A DNA stretch of 64,000 nt, taken from a virus. Made by a program: the position numbers and the translations under genes. The DNA is taken from the IMG/VR virus record IMGVR_UViG_3300031952_002809, positions 1-64,000 of that record. One strand, 5' to 3'. Numbering within the stretch: the stretch's first letter is position 1; each line of letters starts with the position of its first letter. This document shows positions 8,855 through 19,400 of the stretch, piece by piece. The notes beneath the pieces are model-generated. The model was not told the DNA's origin and did no database searches. It worked only from the letters and a program-made list of their open reading frames with translations.

Positions 8855-10510
8855 TTATTGTTCTGCAACTTGTTCACGCAGATCTGGACTAAAGCTAATA
8901 ATAGCTCCTCCAGAATGTACTAATTCATACGTTTCAGGAACAGAATGAACCGCTTTTTCAAGTTCTTCCTGCATCTTGCCAGCATCTTCCTCAGATGTGA
9001 ATCCAAGAATACTTTTTTCGAGTTCTTTTTCTATTCTAATTGCTTTAGAGCTAATAACATTTTTTCCATAAATTTCTGGTCCGGTTGCTTTTACTATGGG
9101 TCTTGGTACTATACCATACATAAACGCTACATAACCTTCAAAATGTGATACATTTTTGGCATCAGCTATCTCAATATAAAAAATAGCATCTCCTGTAACA
9201 ACAGCAGTTCTATCTTCAAATATTGTAGTTACTTCATTGCAAATTGTAGCGTAAATTAATCTTGTAGTATCGATATCAATATTTTGTGAATTTATCCATT
9301 CTTCAAACAGCACATCTAGTGCCGCCGTTTTTTGAGTATCTTTAACATATTTCCAAAATGCTTTTATGCTTATTTCAACGGTAGGATTCATTGAAGTAGG
9401 ATTAACTGCTGTAGTACTAATTGAATCTGATTTATCCATAGCGTCTTGCTCCATTTCTTTAATTGCTTTTTCTACTGCTTTCCCATGAAACGTTTCAGGA
9501 AGCATCTGAACGATATCTGGTATGCTGTCCCCAAATGTTTCCTTGAGCGCTTGCGCTGCTTCATACTTAGCTTCAGCTTCAGGCGCCTTTGATACAACTC
9601 CGATAACTTTTGCGACAGCTTCTTCTAAAGAAGCTGCCCTCCCCATACTCTCTGCAAGAATTCCTTTATCCTGTGCAGATCCTATTTCCATTAAAGTTAC
9701 TTTCTGAAGTGCTGTTGCTATATCAGGAGTTACATCTATACCACTCGATTGCTTAATGGTTTCAACATTACCAGACGTAACAACATTTTTTATTTGGTTA
9801 GCTATGAGTGCTCTGTCCAATGTCTTTCCTGCCATCTTTTCCCAGTCTTTGAGTTTTTTCTTAACAAGGGACATCCAATGCTTTATACCATTGTATAATT
9901 CATCGACTGGCTTTTGAACATTACTTTGCGTGTATTCAACAAGCTTTGCTATCATTTGATTTGCTACCGTTTGCTCAGTTACGTCAGCATCGCCTTCTGC
10001 TCCTCCAGCTGGGGGTGTCTCAGGAAGAAAATCAACACTACCCTGCTCAACTGAAGTATCTGCTGCCCATCTGCGTACAGGAAGGGTTGGATCTTTCAAA
10101 CGGTTCAATAAATTTTCTATAGTTGATGCTTTTTTAAGAAGGATTTGATCGATAGCTTGCATAGCTGTTTCTCCTCGTTCTGGTGTTACTGTTTCTTTAG
10201 ATTTAAGTTCTTGTTCAGTATCTTTAAGTGGTGTTTCGCCCCGTTCTTCTTTTGTTTTGTATGTTACATGCTGTTGCGATTCAATTTCAAAGGATCTCAT
10301 AGTATTGTATTTTCCTTTGTATTCATCCAGTATTTGCTTAACATCTTTTTTTGTTTTGGCATCAATACTTTGAATCTTAACACCGTTTTCGTATATATCA
10401 ACATAGTAGCCTACACCCACTGCTGGCCCAGGTTTGCGCTTACGTACAAAGATATCAGCACCAACTCCGGTAGGCTCCTCATCCTCTTTTAAATATTCAA
10501 AATCACCCAT
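8855..10510 (-). CDS. Hypothetical head-module protein, 551 aa
   Basis: Long acidic ORF in the operon; RBS AAGGA. Confidence 0.75.
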   Translation of the reverse strand: MGDFEYLKEDEEPTGVGADIFVRKRKPGPAVGVGYYVDIYENGVKIQSIDAKTKKDVKQILDEYKGKYNTMRSFEIESQQHVTYKTKEERGETPLKDTEQELKSKETVTPERGETAMQAIDQILLKKASTIENLLNRLKDPTLPVRRWAADTSVEQGSVDFLPETPPAGGAEGDADVTEQTVANQMIAKLVEYTQSNVQKPVDELYNGIKHWMSLVKKKLKDWEKMAGKTLDRALIANQIKNVVTSGNVETIKQSSGIDVTPDIATALQKVTLMEIGSAQDKGILAESMGRAASLEEAVAKVIGVVSKAPEAEAKYEAAQALKETFGDSIPDIVQMLPETFHGKAVEKAIKEMEQDAMDKSDSISTTAVNPTSMNPTVEISIKAFWKYVKDTQKTAALDVLFEEWINSQNIDIDTTRLIYATICNEVTTIFEDRTAVVTGDAIFYIEIADAKNVSHFEGYVAFMYGIVPRPIVKATGPEIYGKNVISSKAIRIEKELEKSILGFTSEEDAGKMQEELEKAVHSVPETYELVHSGGAIISFSPDLREQVAEQ

Positions 10511-10528
10511 TACTGATTCCTTTAGAGT

Positions 10529-11887
10529 TTATTTTGGCTCATAATAACTTCGAATATCTCCTAAATCAGTTTTAGCATACGCTGCTTTTAAAGCAGCAGT
10601 ATCTATTCCAGAAACGACAGTTTTTTTATAAACCAGGTTAAATTCGTTTTTAGTTCTAACTGCTTCAACATCTGCTGGAAGGTCTGCCACGCTTCGTCCT
10701 GATTGAACAAAAGGTAGTTTTCCAAAAAGATCTGTAGTATTATCATTGAGCGTCTGTTGTATTTCTGCAAGTCCGGTATTTTTATCAATAAAATCGAATA
10801 GAGTAAATCCTGCACCAGCCATATCAACAGTAACTTCGTTAATATCTTTTTCTCCTGCCAGTATATACACTACTTTTGTTTTTGAAACTCCGTTCTTTTT
10901 AAAATCGATGTAATATCCATTTTGATAGTATTGTATCTCCGATATTGCTTCTGGTTCTTTTTCTATCATTTCTGGCTGAACTTCCGGTTGTGCATCAGTC
11001 AATTCTTCTGCTGGCTCATTTGAGACATCTGCTCCTTTTCGAAGAACTACATAGCGGGATGACATCTTTGTTATAACTGGCTTTTGATTTTTTGCATACT
11101 TTTTCTCAATATCGTTTTTAACAGCTTCATCCAATATTTTTTCATATTCTTGCAGAACATTGGCATCGAGCACACCCTCGAATGTATCAAAGCTAACGCG
11201 AGCATTTAGTTGCTCTGGAGGGGCGAGCATATCAATGATGTTTGTTGACATACTTCCTTGTTTTTCAGCAATACTTATAGCCTCGTGAGAAGATATACCT
11301 TTAACGAAACCACCTGTACAGTTTATCCACAGCTGCTTTGCATTAGTACTAATATCGTTAACTATATTGATATCATCTATAATTGCAGATGCATACTCTA
11401 TATATCGTATTGGATCATTCGGCTTGTTAATTAGTTTTATTGCTGCATTTGGAGATATTGATTTTCCCTGAAGACAATCTATAACTACCTGAGCATCCTT
11501 AAAATAACTAGGCATTTCCTGCTGCAAATCTCGTTGATACGGTATTCTTCTCTGGTCAATTGGTTTCCCTGGAATTGCTTCAGTTGCACCTATTTCGTCT
11601 TTAATTCCCGAACCGGCTTTTTCAGAATTGAGTATCGAATACAGTTTTGAAGATTTATCCATTAAAACATATAGAGTACCTGAATAGTCTCTCATGTATC
11701 TATAAATGCCCACAAAAGGGTTATTGGCGATGGTGTCATTTAAAAATTTCTCAAATACTTTAGAATTAAAGTCAGAAATGGGAACCCATCCAAATGAATC
11801 CATCGATGCGTTTCCAAGATACCGCATATTGAGAGTTGCAAGACCTCTCCCTGGTACTTTCTTTTTATGCTGCATTCCCTTTGCCAT
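10529..11887 (-). CDS. Hypothetical head-module protein, 452 aa
   Basis: Long ORF; RBS GAGG; tightly packed with neighbours. Confidence 0.75.
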   Translation of the reverse strand: MAKGMQHKKKVPGRGLATLNMRYLGNASMDSFGWVPISDFNSKVFEKFLNDTIANNPFVGIYRYMRDYSGTLYVLMDKSSKLYSILNSEKAGSGIKDEIGATEAIPGKPIDQRRIPYQRDLQQEMPSYFKDAQVVIDCLQGKSISPNAAIKLINKPNDPIRYIEYASAIIDDINIVNDISTNAKQLWINCTGGFVKGISSHEAISIAEKQGSMSTNIIDMLAPPEQLNARVSFDTFEGVLDANVLQEYEKILDEAVKNDIEKKYAKNQKPVITKMSSRYVVLRKGADVSNEPAEELTDAQPEVQPEMIEKEPEAISEIQYYQNGYYIDFKKNGVSKTKVVYILAGEKDINEVTVDMAGAGFTLFDFIDKNTGLAEIQQTLNDNTTDLFGKLPFVQSGRSVADLPADVEAVRTKNEFNLVYKKTVVSGIDTAALKAAYAKTDLGDIRSYYEPK

Positions 11888-11896
11888 TGTATAACC

Positions 11897-12808
11897 TCAA
11901 GCAACTGATATCATATTTTCAAGTTTATTAATAAGTGCATCTAATTGATTAGCCAATCGTTTCTTTTCTTGAACAGAGCTGGCTAATTTAATTGATTGGT
12001 GAATATTTGCCATAATACGAAGAACTAAGTTTGCATCTTCCCCAAGTTCAGAAGCGACTTTTAGAATTCTACCAGGTATCATTTCGGATACAGCATCGAG
12101 AACTCCTGCATTAGGGCAAGCTGGTGTTGTTACAATTGATTGCTCGTAGAAAGCCATCTTCTGGAGCAGTTCAGCTACCTTTCGTCCTTTTATTCTATTT
12201 CCCCGATGATGCCGCAGGCATTCACAGAAATCTGCATCTTTCTTTATTTGTTTACTGCAGACAGTACACATACTGCTTTTAATAGAACATCCCATACTTG
12301 TATAAAGCCTAGTTGGATATGTTTCAAGAGTTCGTGCAATATTTGCTGCTTTCATTCTGTCTACACCGAAAAGAATAACAATGTTGGTATCACCATATTT
12401 ATCCATGACTGGTGTTGCATCAAAAACTAATCCTATACTAAGCTGGGGGTCATGGCTGTTGTGGTTGACGTGCATCGCGGCATTTCTGAAAGTAAGATAT
12501 CGTGGATTACCTTTTTCGTCATGATCCATTATTTCATCATAGTTGAACAAATCCGCGTTTCTGTTAGTGGCCCATTCCCAATCAGATTGCCCATTCTTGA
12601 ATATATTTTTTCCCATGGTTCCCCAATAATCCCCAAAATCTAGGGCTCGGGTTGTTCCATAAACAAAACCATGGATGGTTGGTGCAAGCCAGTGTTCTTT
12701 ATGTTTTATCTCAATGAGTTCAGCTATTTTCTCTTTAGTGCCTTTGGTAAGTTCAGTTACCTGACCAGGATTATTTACTGAATTAATATGTCTGAGATAG
12801 TCTGCCAT
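11897..12808 (-). CDS. Putative prohead (capsid maturation) protease with a Cys-rich insert
   Basis: NRNADLF, HVNHNS, IGLVFDA, TSMGC..CTVC..FCECL, FYEQSIVTTPA motifs; real start MADY at 12808 after RBS GAGAGG. Confidence 0.7.
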   Translation of the reverse strand: MADYLRHINSVNNPGQVTELTKGTKEKIAELIEIKHKEHWLAPTIHGFVYGTTRALDFGDYWGTMGKNIFKNGQSDWEWATNRNADLFNYDEIMDHDEKGNPRYLTFRNAAMHVNHNSHDPQLSIGLVFDATPVMDKYGDTNIVILFGVDRMKAANIARTLETYPTRLYTSMGCSIKSSMCTVCSKQIKKDADFCECLRHHRGNRIKGRKVAELLQKMAFYEQSIVTTPACPNAGVLDAVSEMIPGRILKVASELGEDANLVLRIMANIHQSIKLASSVQEKKRLANQLDALINKLENMISVA

Positions 12809-12822
12809 GATATCCTCTCTTT

Positions 12823-13239
12823 TTAAGAAATATATGCGGTTACTTCGTATTTTCCTGACGGCATCTTTGTCCAATTTATAACAAGCATAGCATTAGTTAC
12901 CGGCTTAAAAAAACCGTTTGTATCTACACTGTGTTTAACACCCAGTTCAATATTTGCTCTACCTTCCTCACCAAAAAGGCCACCGCTCCAATAAGTATTG
13001 TCTTCTTGCAGAGGAACATATCCATGCGCCTCAAGAGCTTCAAAAAAACTATCAAGGGGCACTGCTTTAAAATATGTATTATTCGATTCTGAACCGGTTG
13101 TATAGGGTGCTATTGCGTTATTTAACTTTTTTCTTACTTCTGGTTTCATTGTTGTAGGCATTTCAAGATCACTTGCCTCAAAACCCTCACCAGCATTTTT
13201 TAAAAGTTCATCTATATTAGTTATTCCTGCAAAGTGCAT
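12823..13239 (-). CDS. Hypothetical protein, 138 aa
   Basis: RBS GAGGGG; C-terminal LVINWTKMPSGKYEVTAYIS. Confidence 0.7.
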   Translation of the reverse strand: MHFAGITNIDELLKNAGEGFEASDLEMPTTMKPEVRKKLNNAIAPYTTGSESNNTYFKAVPLDSFFEALEAHGYVPLQEDNTYWSGGLFGEEGRANIELGVKHSVDTNGFFKPVTNAMLVINWTKMPSGKYEVTAYIS

Positions 13240-13270
13240 AGTAACCCCTCATGAAATTTCAATTAATTCT

Positions 13271-13300
13271 AAAAATAACGATACGCTGGCTTATTTTAAG
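13271..13300 (-). promoter_or_regulatory. Candidate late promoter
   Basis: CTTAAA-N17-TATTTTT upstream of the 13239 start. Confidence 0.5.
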
Positions 13301-13315
13301 TACATTTTTTGAAAA

Positions 13316-13771
13316 TTAGATGATGCTACGACTTTTTAGAAGAGTTCCAACGACTATTTTTATTTGATTCTGTACTTCAGGATCGGTGGTATATTGATTG
13401 AGGGTTTCTTCTGGAGCATCACCCATCAAAACATCAGTCATGTCGGTAATAATTGATGGTTTGAGATCAACAACACGCGTTAATGTTTTATCAAGGTCAT
13501 CAACCATCTCTTCTTCTTGAGGACTCAGACCATCTGGATAGGCTTCATAGAATATATTTTCTGCATCTTGTTCAGATAGATTGAATTTATCCATTGCGGC
13601 TTCAGTAATTTGATCTTTATCCTTATTCTGCTGAAGCCACATCCAAACTATGATTTCTTTTCTTTTAATATCAGAAAAAAACGAAACACGGCTTCTGCCG
13701 AGTTTCGTTCTTATGATATTTTTTTTCTCAAGAAGATATGCTATTCTTCGTTTAATGAATGATTTATACAT
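13316..13771 (-). CDS. Hypothetical protein, 151 aa
   Basis: ORF in the operon; helical, possibly HTH-like segment. Confidence 0.65.
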   Translation of the reverse strand: MYKSFIKRRIAYLLEKKNIIRTKLGRSRVSFFSDIKRKEIIVWMWLQQNKDKDQITEAAMDKFNLSEQDAENIFYEAYPDGLSPQEEEMVDDLDKTLTRVVDLKPSIITDMTDVLMGDAPEETLNQYTTDPEVQNQIKIVVGTLLKSRSII

Positions 13772-13776
13772 TTACA

Positions 13777-14223
13777 TTATTGATTCGTTTGTTGTGAAAA
13801 TTGTTGTTGATCCGCTGCCAATTGTTCATCTAATCCTTGAACTACTGAATCAAAATTAATTTTTTGTTCACTCGTTGCTCCTGGAGTTCCGGCAGGAGCC
13901 TGTTCTTGTCCAGGTTGAGCAGGAGTTCCAGTTGCGCTGGTTAATGCTGGATTAGCAGCAGGTTGTCCAGGAACTTGCCCTGCTGCAGGTTGTCCTGTTG
14001 CAGGTTGACCTTGCTGCGCTTGTTGTGCCTGCAGTGCTGGATCTAGCTGTCCATCTGCAGCTAGTTTGAAACCAACTACACCTTTATCAGGCATGAGTTG
14101 GATTTGAACTGATTCAACATCTTTGATGCCGTTTACAGCAGCAACTTTCATAATGACTTCTTCTATCTTCTGAAAATCAGAGGATTCTTTTGTAAGGCTG
14201 ATAGTATTGCTATTAATTTTCAT
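13777..14223 (-). CDS. Hypothetical protein: MKINSN domain plus Q/P/A-rich tail
   Basis: RBS GGGAG; N-terminal ~55 aa nearly identical to the C-terminal module of the upstream gene. Confidence 0.8.
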   Translation of the reverse strand: MKINSNTISLTKESSDFQKIEEVIMKVAAVNGIKDVESVQIQLMPDKGVVGFKLAADGQLDPALQAQQAQQGQPATGQPAAGQVPGQPAANPALTSATGTPAQPGQEQAPAGTPGATSEQKINFDSVVQGLDEQLAADQQQFSQQTNQ

Positions 14224-14240
14224 ACAATTTCTCCCATACT

Positions 14241-15278
14241 TTATTGTGCTAGTTGTGTTGTTGTTCCTGTTGAACCCGTTGCTGGTGGTACAACAGGTTT
14301 TCCAGTAGCTGGATCTATTTGAGGTTGCTGTCCTGTAGAACTTTGTCCTGCAGAAGCTGCTTCAGCAGCAGCCTGCTCATAGTTTTTCTGATTTTGTGCT
14401 TGTGCCCATTCCTGAGCTTGATCATACGCTGTTTTAAATCCGACAATTCCTTTGTCAGCAGTAAGTTGGATTTGTACAGATTCAACATCTTTTATTCCAT
14501 TGACTGCAGCTATTTTCATAATAATGTCTTCGATTTTACTAAATTCTGAAGATTCTTTTGTAAGACTGATAGTATTGCTATTAATTTTCATAATATTTCC
14601 TTTCGTTACTTTGCTAAATTTCTCATCAGAAATTTCTTCTATTCTCTCAAAACCAACATTCTGCCACAGCCACTCTGAAACTTTATCGACAACTTCATCG
14701 GGAACTTCACCTTGGTGATAATCAACTTCCATTCCATATCCAGCCATATCAGCATTAATATATAAATGTAATTGATACTCATAGAATTCAGGATATGTTC
14801 CTGATAAATCCTCTATGATAGCTTCAATCCCTTGATCAGGAGACATCTTTTCGTCACGTTCTTTATCTGTTATATAAGAGATACCTTTGCCATTCATTTC
14901 AATAGGACCTTTGTGAAAAATAACATAATTTCTATTTGATGCTTTTTTATCTTTCATAGTAATCTCCCGTGCTTGTTTAGATTCAGTAGATTCCATTGTA
15001 TCAGATGTATTCGATTCCTCAATAGGAACCGCTTCCATACGCTCCAATTCTTTTTTTCGTTTGTCTCGCGCTTTCTCCCACTCTGAGCAAATATCTTCAT
15101 ACTGCCTGGTTGCCATTTGATATTGTGAATGGGGTTTAGTACTGTAAAAATTATTGATACGCTTCGACAATCGTATTAAATCTTCCTCAGGTACTTCTTC
15201 ACCAGAACGTATTCTTTGGTAAAGTTTTCTCATATAGTTAATCAAACTTGACATTCTTCCCGCTTGTTTATACCACAT
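14241..15278 (-). CDS. Hypothetical multi-module protein ending in an MKINSN domain
   Basis: Start MWYKQAG at 15278 after GAGG; in-frame internal RBS+ATG at 14957 and 14591. Confidence 0.75.
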   Translation of the reverse strand: MWYKQAGRMSSLINYMRKLYQRIRSGEEVPEEDLIRLSKRINNFYSTKPHSQYQMATRQYEDICSEWEKARDKRKKELERMEAVPIEESNTSDTMESTESKQAREITMKDKKASNRNYVIFHKGPIEMNGKGISYITDKERDEKMSPDQGIEAIIEDLSGTYPEFYEYQLHLYINADMAGYGMEVDYHQGEVPDEVVDKVSEWLWQNVGFERIEEISDEKFSKVTKGNIMKINSNTISLTKESSEFSKIEDIIMKIAAVNGIKDVESVQIQLTADKGIVGFKTAYDQAQEWAQAQNQKNYEQAAAEAASAGQSSTGQQPQIDPATGKPVVPPATGSTGTTTQLAQ

Positions 15279-15300
15279 AGAAATGATCCTCGTACGAAAT

Positions 15301-16440
15301 TTATTGCATTCCACCGTTAAATTGAGAGAGCATTCCAACAACTCGTTTCCAGATCATACTTTCAGGAACATTTGGATATTTTTCTTTTAAGGTATCAAAT
15401 AGCTGTTGTATCGCTGGATCAGATGTAGCACCAGACATTGCTTCTTGATTCATAGCTTCATTTTTCTTTTTATCATCGCTTCCTGTCAGTAATCCCCAAG
15501 CAAGTGCCCCTACGCCGCCAGCGATAAGTTGCGCAGCCATGCCACCACCCATATATTTTGCAATGGCTTGCCCCATAGGAAACCCCATATTAGTTAAACC
15601 CCCCAAAAGTGATTTTACTCCTGTTTCTCCCCATGATTCTTTTCCACCGTACCTGCTTGCAAGACCTGACGCTAAACCTGCCATAAGATCAATCTCTGCT
15701 ACTCGTTGATTGAAATGAACTATGCTTCCTTCTTTTGATATTTCAATATCTATGCTGGAGACATTATCTATGCTATGGTTGGTTGCTATTCGTTTCATAG
15801 CATCTTCAATTTCTTTGTATGCTGCATCAGCAGCTGTGATAACTAAAACATTAGAATTTACTTTCATAACATTCCTCTCAAAACTTACTTTATAATCTTC
15901 AGGACCCAGATTTATATTCTGCCCCGAGGTTTCTTCAGGAGTTTCTTCATGATGGCCTTTAATATTAGATACTATAGACTCTATTGACATTAATACATTA
16001 TTTATTTCTTTTAGAACTTCCGGTATGGAATCTTTAACTGATTCTAAATTATTCCTATCAACACCAAGTTTTACAAGGATTGTTCCAAGTATTCTTCCGA
16101 AAGAACCATTCATAAAATTCTCAATAGCTTCAACATTATCTGCACTTGATATTGTTCTCAGACCATCTACAAACTCACCCGCAAATTCGGCAGAGCTGTG
16201 TAGAAGGCTCATCGCTTTATTTTTTATGAAATTAGGCAATGCTGCTTCTTTAGTAAATACGGCATACTCTGTTGCAGAAATAGTAGTTTCTTGTTTATTC
16301 TTTACTGATTGTAAAAGAATTGATAAGATTTCTAATATAGTTGGTCCATACGCTACAGCTTTTTCAAGTATCCATTCTATTATAGTTCCAATAGCAATAG
16401 CTTGTTTTTCTCGAAATACATTTAGTTCTGTTGTATTCAT
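15301..16440 (-). CDS. Hypothetical protein with an internal MKVNSN domain and a Gly-rich hydrophobic C-terminus
   Basis: RBS GGAG; internal GAGAGG+ATG at 15867; GGGMAAQLIAGGVGALAWGLLTG. Confidence 0.75.
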   Translation of the reverse strand: MNTTELNVFREKQAIAIGTIIEWILEKAVAYGPTILEILSILLQSVKNKQETTISATEYAVFTKEAALPNFIKNKAMSLLHSSAEFAGEFVDGLRTISSADNVEAIENFMNGSFGRILGTILVKLGVDRNNLESVKDSIPEVLKEINNVLMSIESIVSNIKGHHEETPEETSGQNINLGPEDYKVSFERNVMKVNSNVLVITAADAAYKEIEDAMKRIATNHSIDNVSSIDIEISKEGSIVHFNQRVAEIDLMAGLASGLASRYGGKESWGETGVKSLLGGLTNMGFPMGQAIAKYMGGGMAAQLIAGGVGALAWGLLTGSDDKKKNEAMNQEAMSGATSDPAIQQLFDTLKEKYPNVPESMIWKRVVGMLSQFNGGMQ

Positions 16441-16457
16441 TTCGAATCTCCGAACAA

Positions 16458-19400
16458 TTAAATATTTTCAAACCATGTCTTTATCGTTGCATTTAGTTTA
16501 TTCGGATAATCAATCCAAAGACGAATATTATCTTCAAATAGTTGTCGTGGCTCTCGTGTATATGATGATGCACATTTCCCGGTTGAATCCCAATTCTTTC
16601 CAAATACAACCTTCTCGTCAACACCATCAACTTTGTTAATACCTTCGATTGCCCGCCAGCCCATTATTTCTTCATTACCATCGTAAAGTGGCTGAATGTA
16701 TCCAAATATTCTATATGTATTTAATTCATCTTTTGTTAAGTCGTTGCTCGCTGTTTTAAATACTTTCTCAACATTCTTGTATAAAGATTCATCTGTAACT
16801 GGCAGGTACTTCAGAAGATTTTCAGTTATTGGTGTATCTTCCATGCCTATCCAATTACTGATGTACATTGTTTTTCCATGCTTATAAGCAGGAACTTTAC
16901 CGATCTTACTAAACTTATCTTGAGATAATCTATTTAACAGCACATACTGTTTAACTTCTGCTTTGATATCTCTTAGTTCAGCTTCGATTCGTTTCGTTTG
17001 TTCTTCTTCCCACGCTGGTAAATTAATGACATCTGAAACAAATACTACATTATCGTATTCCTTTTTTAAGTATTTGCCAAACTTATTTATGTATCTTTCT
17101 AAGAAAGGACCGAACTCAACTGGGCAGTTCTTGACTTGAATTCCTGCAAGATAGCTATCCTTATATCGTTTGATATTAGGATCAACGCTGTTTCCAAAAT
17201 CTTCATCATCAAAGCCTTCAATGCAGGGTGAGAACATAACGATTTCTCCCATAGGGGATACAATCGATGATAGATTCTTGCCTTTCTTATTGAGTTCTCC
17301 GACAGTATAGCGCAGCCCATCCATAGATTCTGAATTGCTAACTTTTACATTGTATATTCCTTGTTCCTGAAATCCTTTGAGTTGACCATAGCAAAAGCAG
17401 GTATTTGACAAATCCCTGACATGTTTATATAATTTGTCTTTATCCATGGCCATTTTAGAAAGATCAAATATCCACTCTTCAAATTCATTCGAAAGAACGA
17501 TATCTGAATAGTCACGCAGATCATCTCCTTGAGCATAGTGTTGCCGATATATCGGTAGAAAGTTCGTCCAATTATAAGCTGCAAGCTTGCCTTGCACATA
17601 AATATCAACAAGAGATTTAAGAAGGTCTTTCGAGTTCTCAGCAATGCCTTCTTTAAAATTACCATTATACTTTTTCTGAAATGATCTGAGCTTGTTATCA
17701 TATGATGTCATAGCAAAGATAACTTCGGGGGGTACATTGGGGGAACTGATATTTTTGTTCCAGGCATCGGCATTAACAGGAATTATATTATTAGTAAGAT
17801 CAATATCGCTATTCTCTTCTTGAAGAAGAGCAGCGCTTTTTTCCATGAGTTTCTTTTCTTTATCAGCATGCCCTACAAACTCTCTATCTATTGATTCATC
17901 TGGTTTTGGTGCTTCCTCTTCTTTTTCCTTCTTACCAAATTTCAATTTATCTTTGAGTTTTGCCATAGCTCCCATTCCTCCGGGAGGAGGTGTTGCCGGT
18001 CCAGTAACGGCAGGAGTTTGAATATACTCTCCAATCATATCCTCGAATTCTTTTTGGCGACTCTTGTTTCTTAATTCCGATTCAACATCTAAGCCCATCC
18101 CCATCAAAAGTGTTATAGCAGAGATAGGACCTTTTCCTTGGGCATAAACATTGTTGAGGAAGGTTAAGAATTGCTGATCATCACGCATCATAAGTTTCTT
18201 ATGCCACATCATTTTAGGCATAATTAATCTTTGGCGTTTTTCTTCAGCTGAGCGTGTTACTCGATAATGTCCCAGTATTTCCCGAGCGTCACGTTTATAC
18301 CATTCATTCTTTTCAGCCATGATTCTAAAGAATTTGTCCATCATCCAGCGAACTTCGAATAAATCACGCTTTGCTCTGTAGCGAGCTAATTGCATTTGCA
18401 AACCAACGTTAGCTGAATTAAATGTTCCTATGTTTCTTGTTAAGTAGCTATGTGTGTTTTCAACAGTTAAGTTATATACTTTTTTAGTATTCTTAATCGT
18501 TTCTACAGAACGAATCATAGTATATACGTAGTTGTCATCAATCCACGCCTTTTGGCTATTGAATTCTTTTGTAGAGTCAACATTGAATCGAGCGGCATCT
18601 CCCCAAATTATACTCTCAAGGTCGCATGCAAATTTTCCATAAATATCTAACCTATACGTTTTCTTACGCTTGTACTTACTGGTTAAATTTCTTATAGTAT
18701 TGGTTTGAACTACCCAATTAACAGGAAATCCTAATTGAGCAAGGATAAGTTCAACTTGATTAGCTAGTACTTCTGATGTAGTTGTATAGCTTAGTGTATG
18801 CTGACCGGTACGCTTTCTAACTTGATGACAACCATCCCCCTTGAACATACCTTTGATAAGTTCTTTCTTTAACTCTACGGGCCAGCGCATGGCTTCTTCA
18901 GATAGTTTTTTCTGGTGAGAATATTCTCCTGCGTTCTCCTTAAACCAAAGAACAATATCTTTAAATTCTTCCCTATTAGCTGATCTTAATCGCAGTGATC
19001 CTGTTTTTTCTTCAATTTGAATTATAGGTATGCCAATCTTTTCACAGAGTTCCTTCGCTTCTTTTACCAGAGTATCCCTTTCTGTTACATTAAATGTTAA
19101 ATTAATTCCGGTTAATTCTTTTGTTCGAGCATGCTTCGAATAATTACCTTCAGCAAGAAAATATCCAAGCAGCCTAGCTTTGTCAGCAGTTACGTTAGCT
19201 TGTATTTCATTGAACTTTCGTGGGATCATTAAAAAATCCCATGCTTTTATATTCTCAGCGGTTAGTTCCATAATTGGATTATATTCGATAGGAACTCCCA
19301 CTTGATGCTTACGATTTATAGTAGCTCTGTTACAATCTAGTTGTTTCAATAAAGGTCGTTGTACAGGTTGACCGATAGAATGAGCATATGCTTTTCCTGC

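Noticed and set aside
16025-16639. 204-aa plus-strand ORF
   Set aside because: Shadow overlapping two well-supported minus-strand genes
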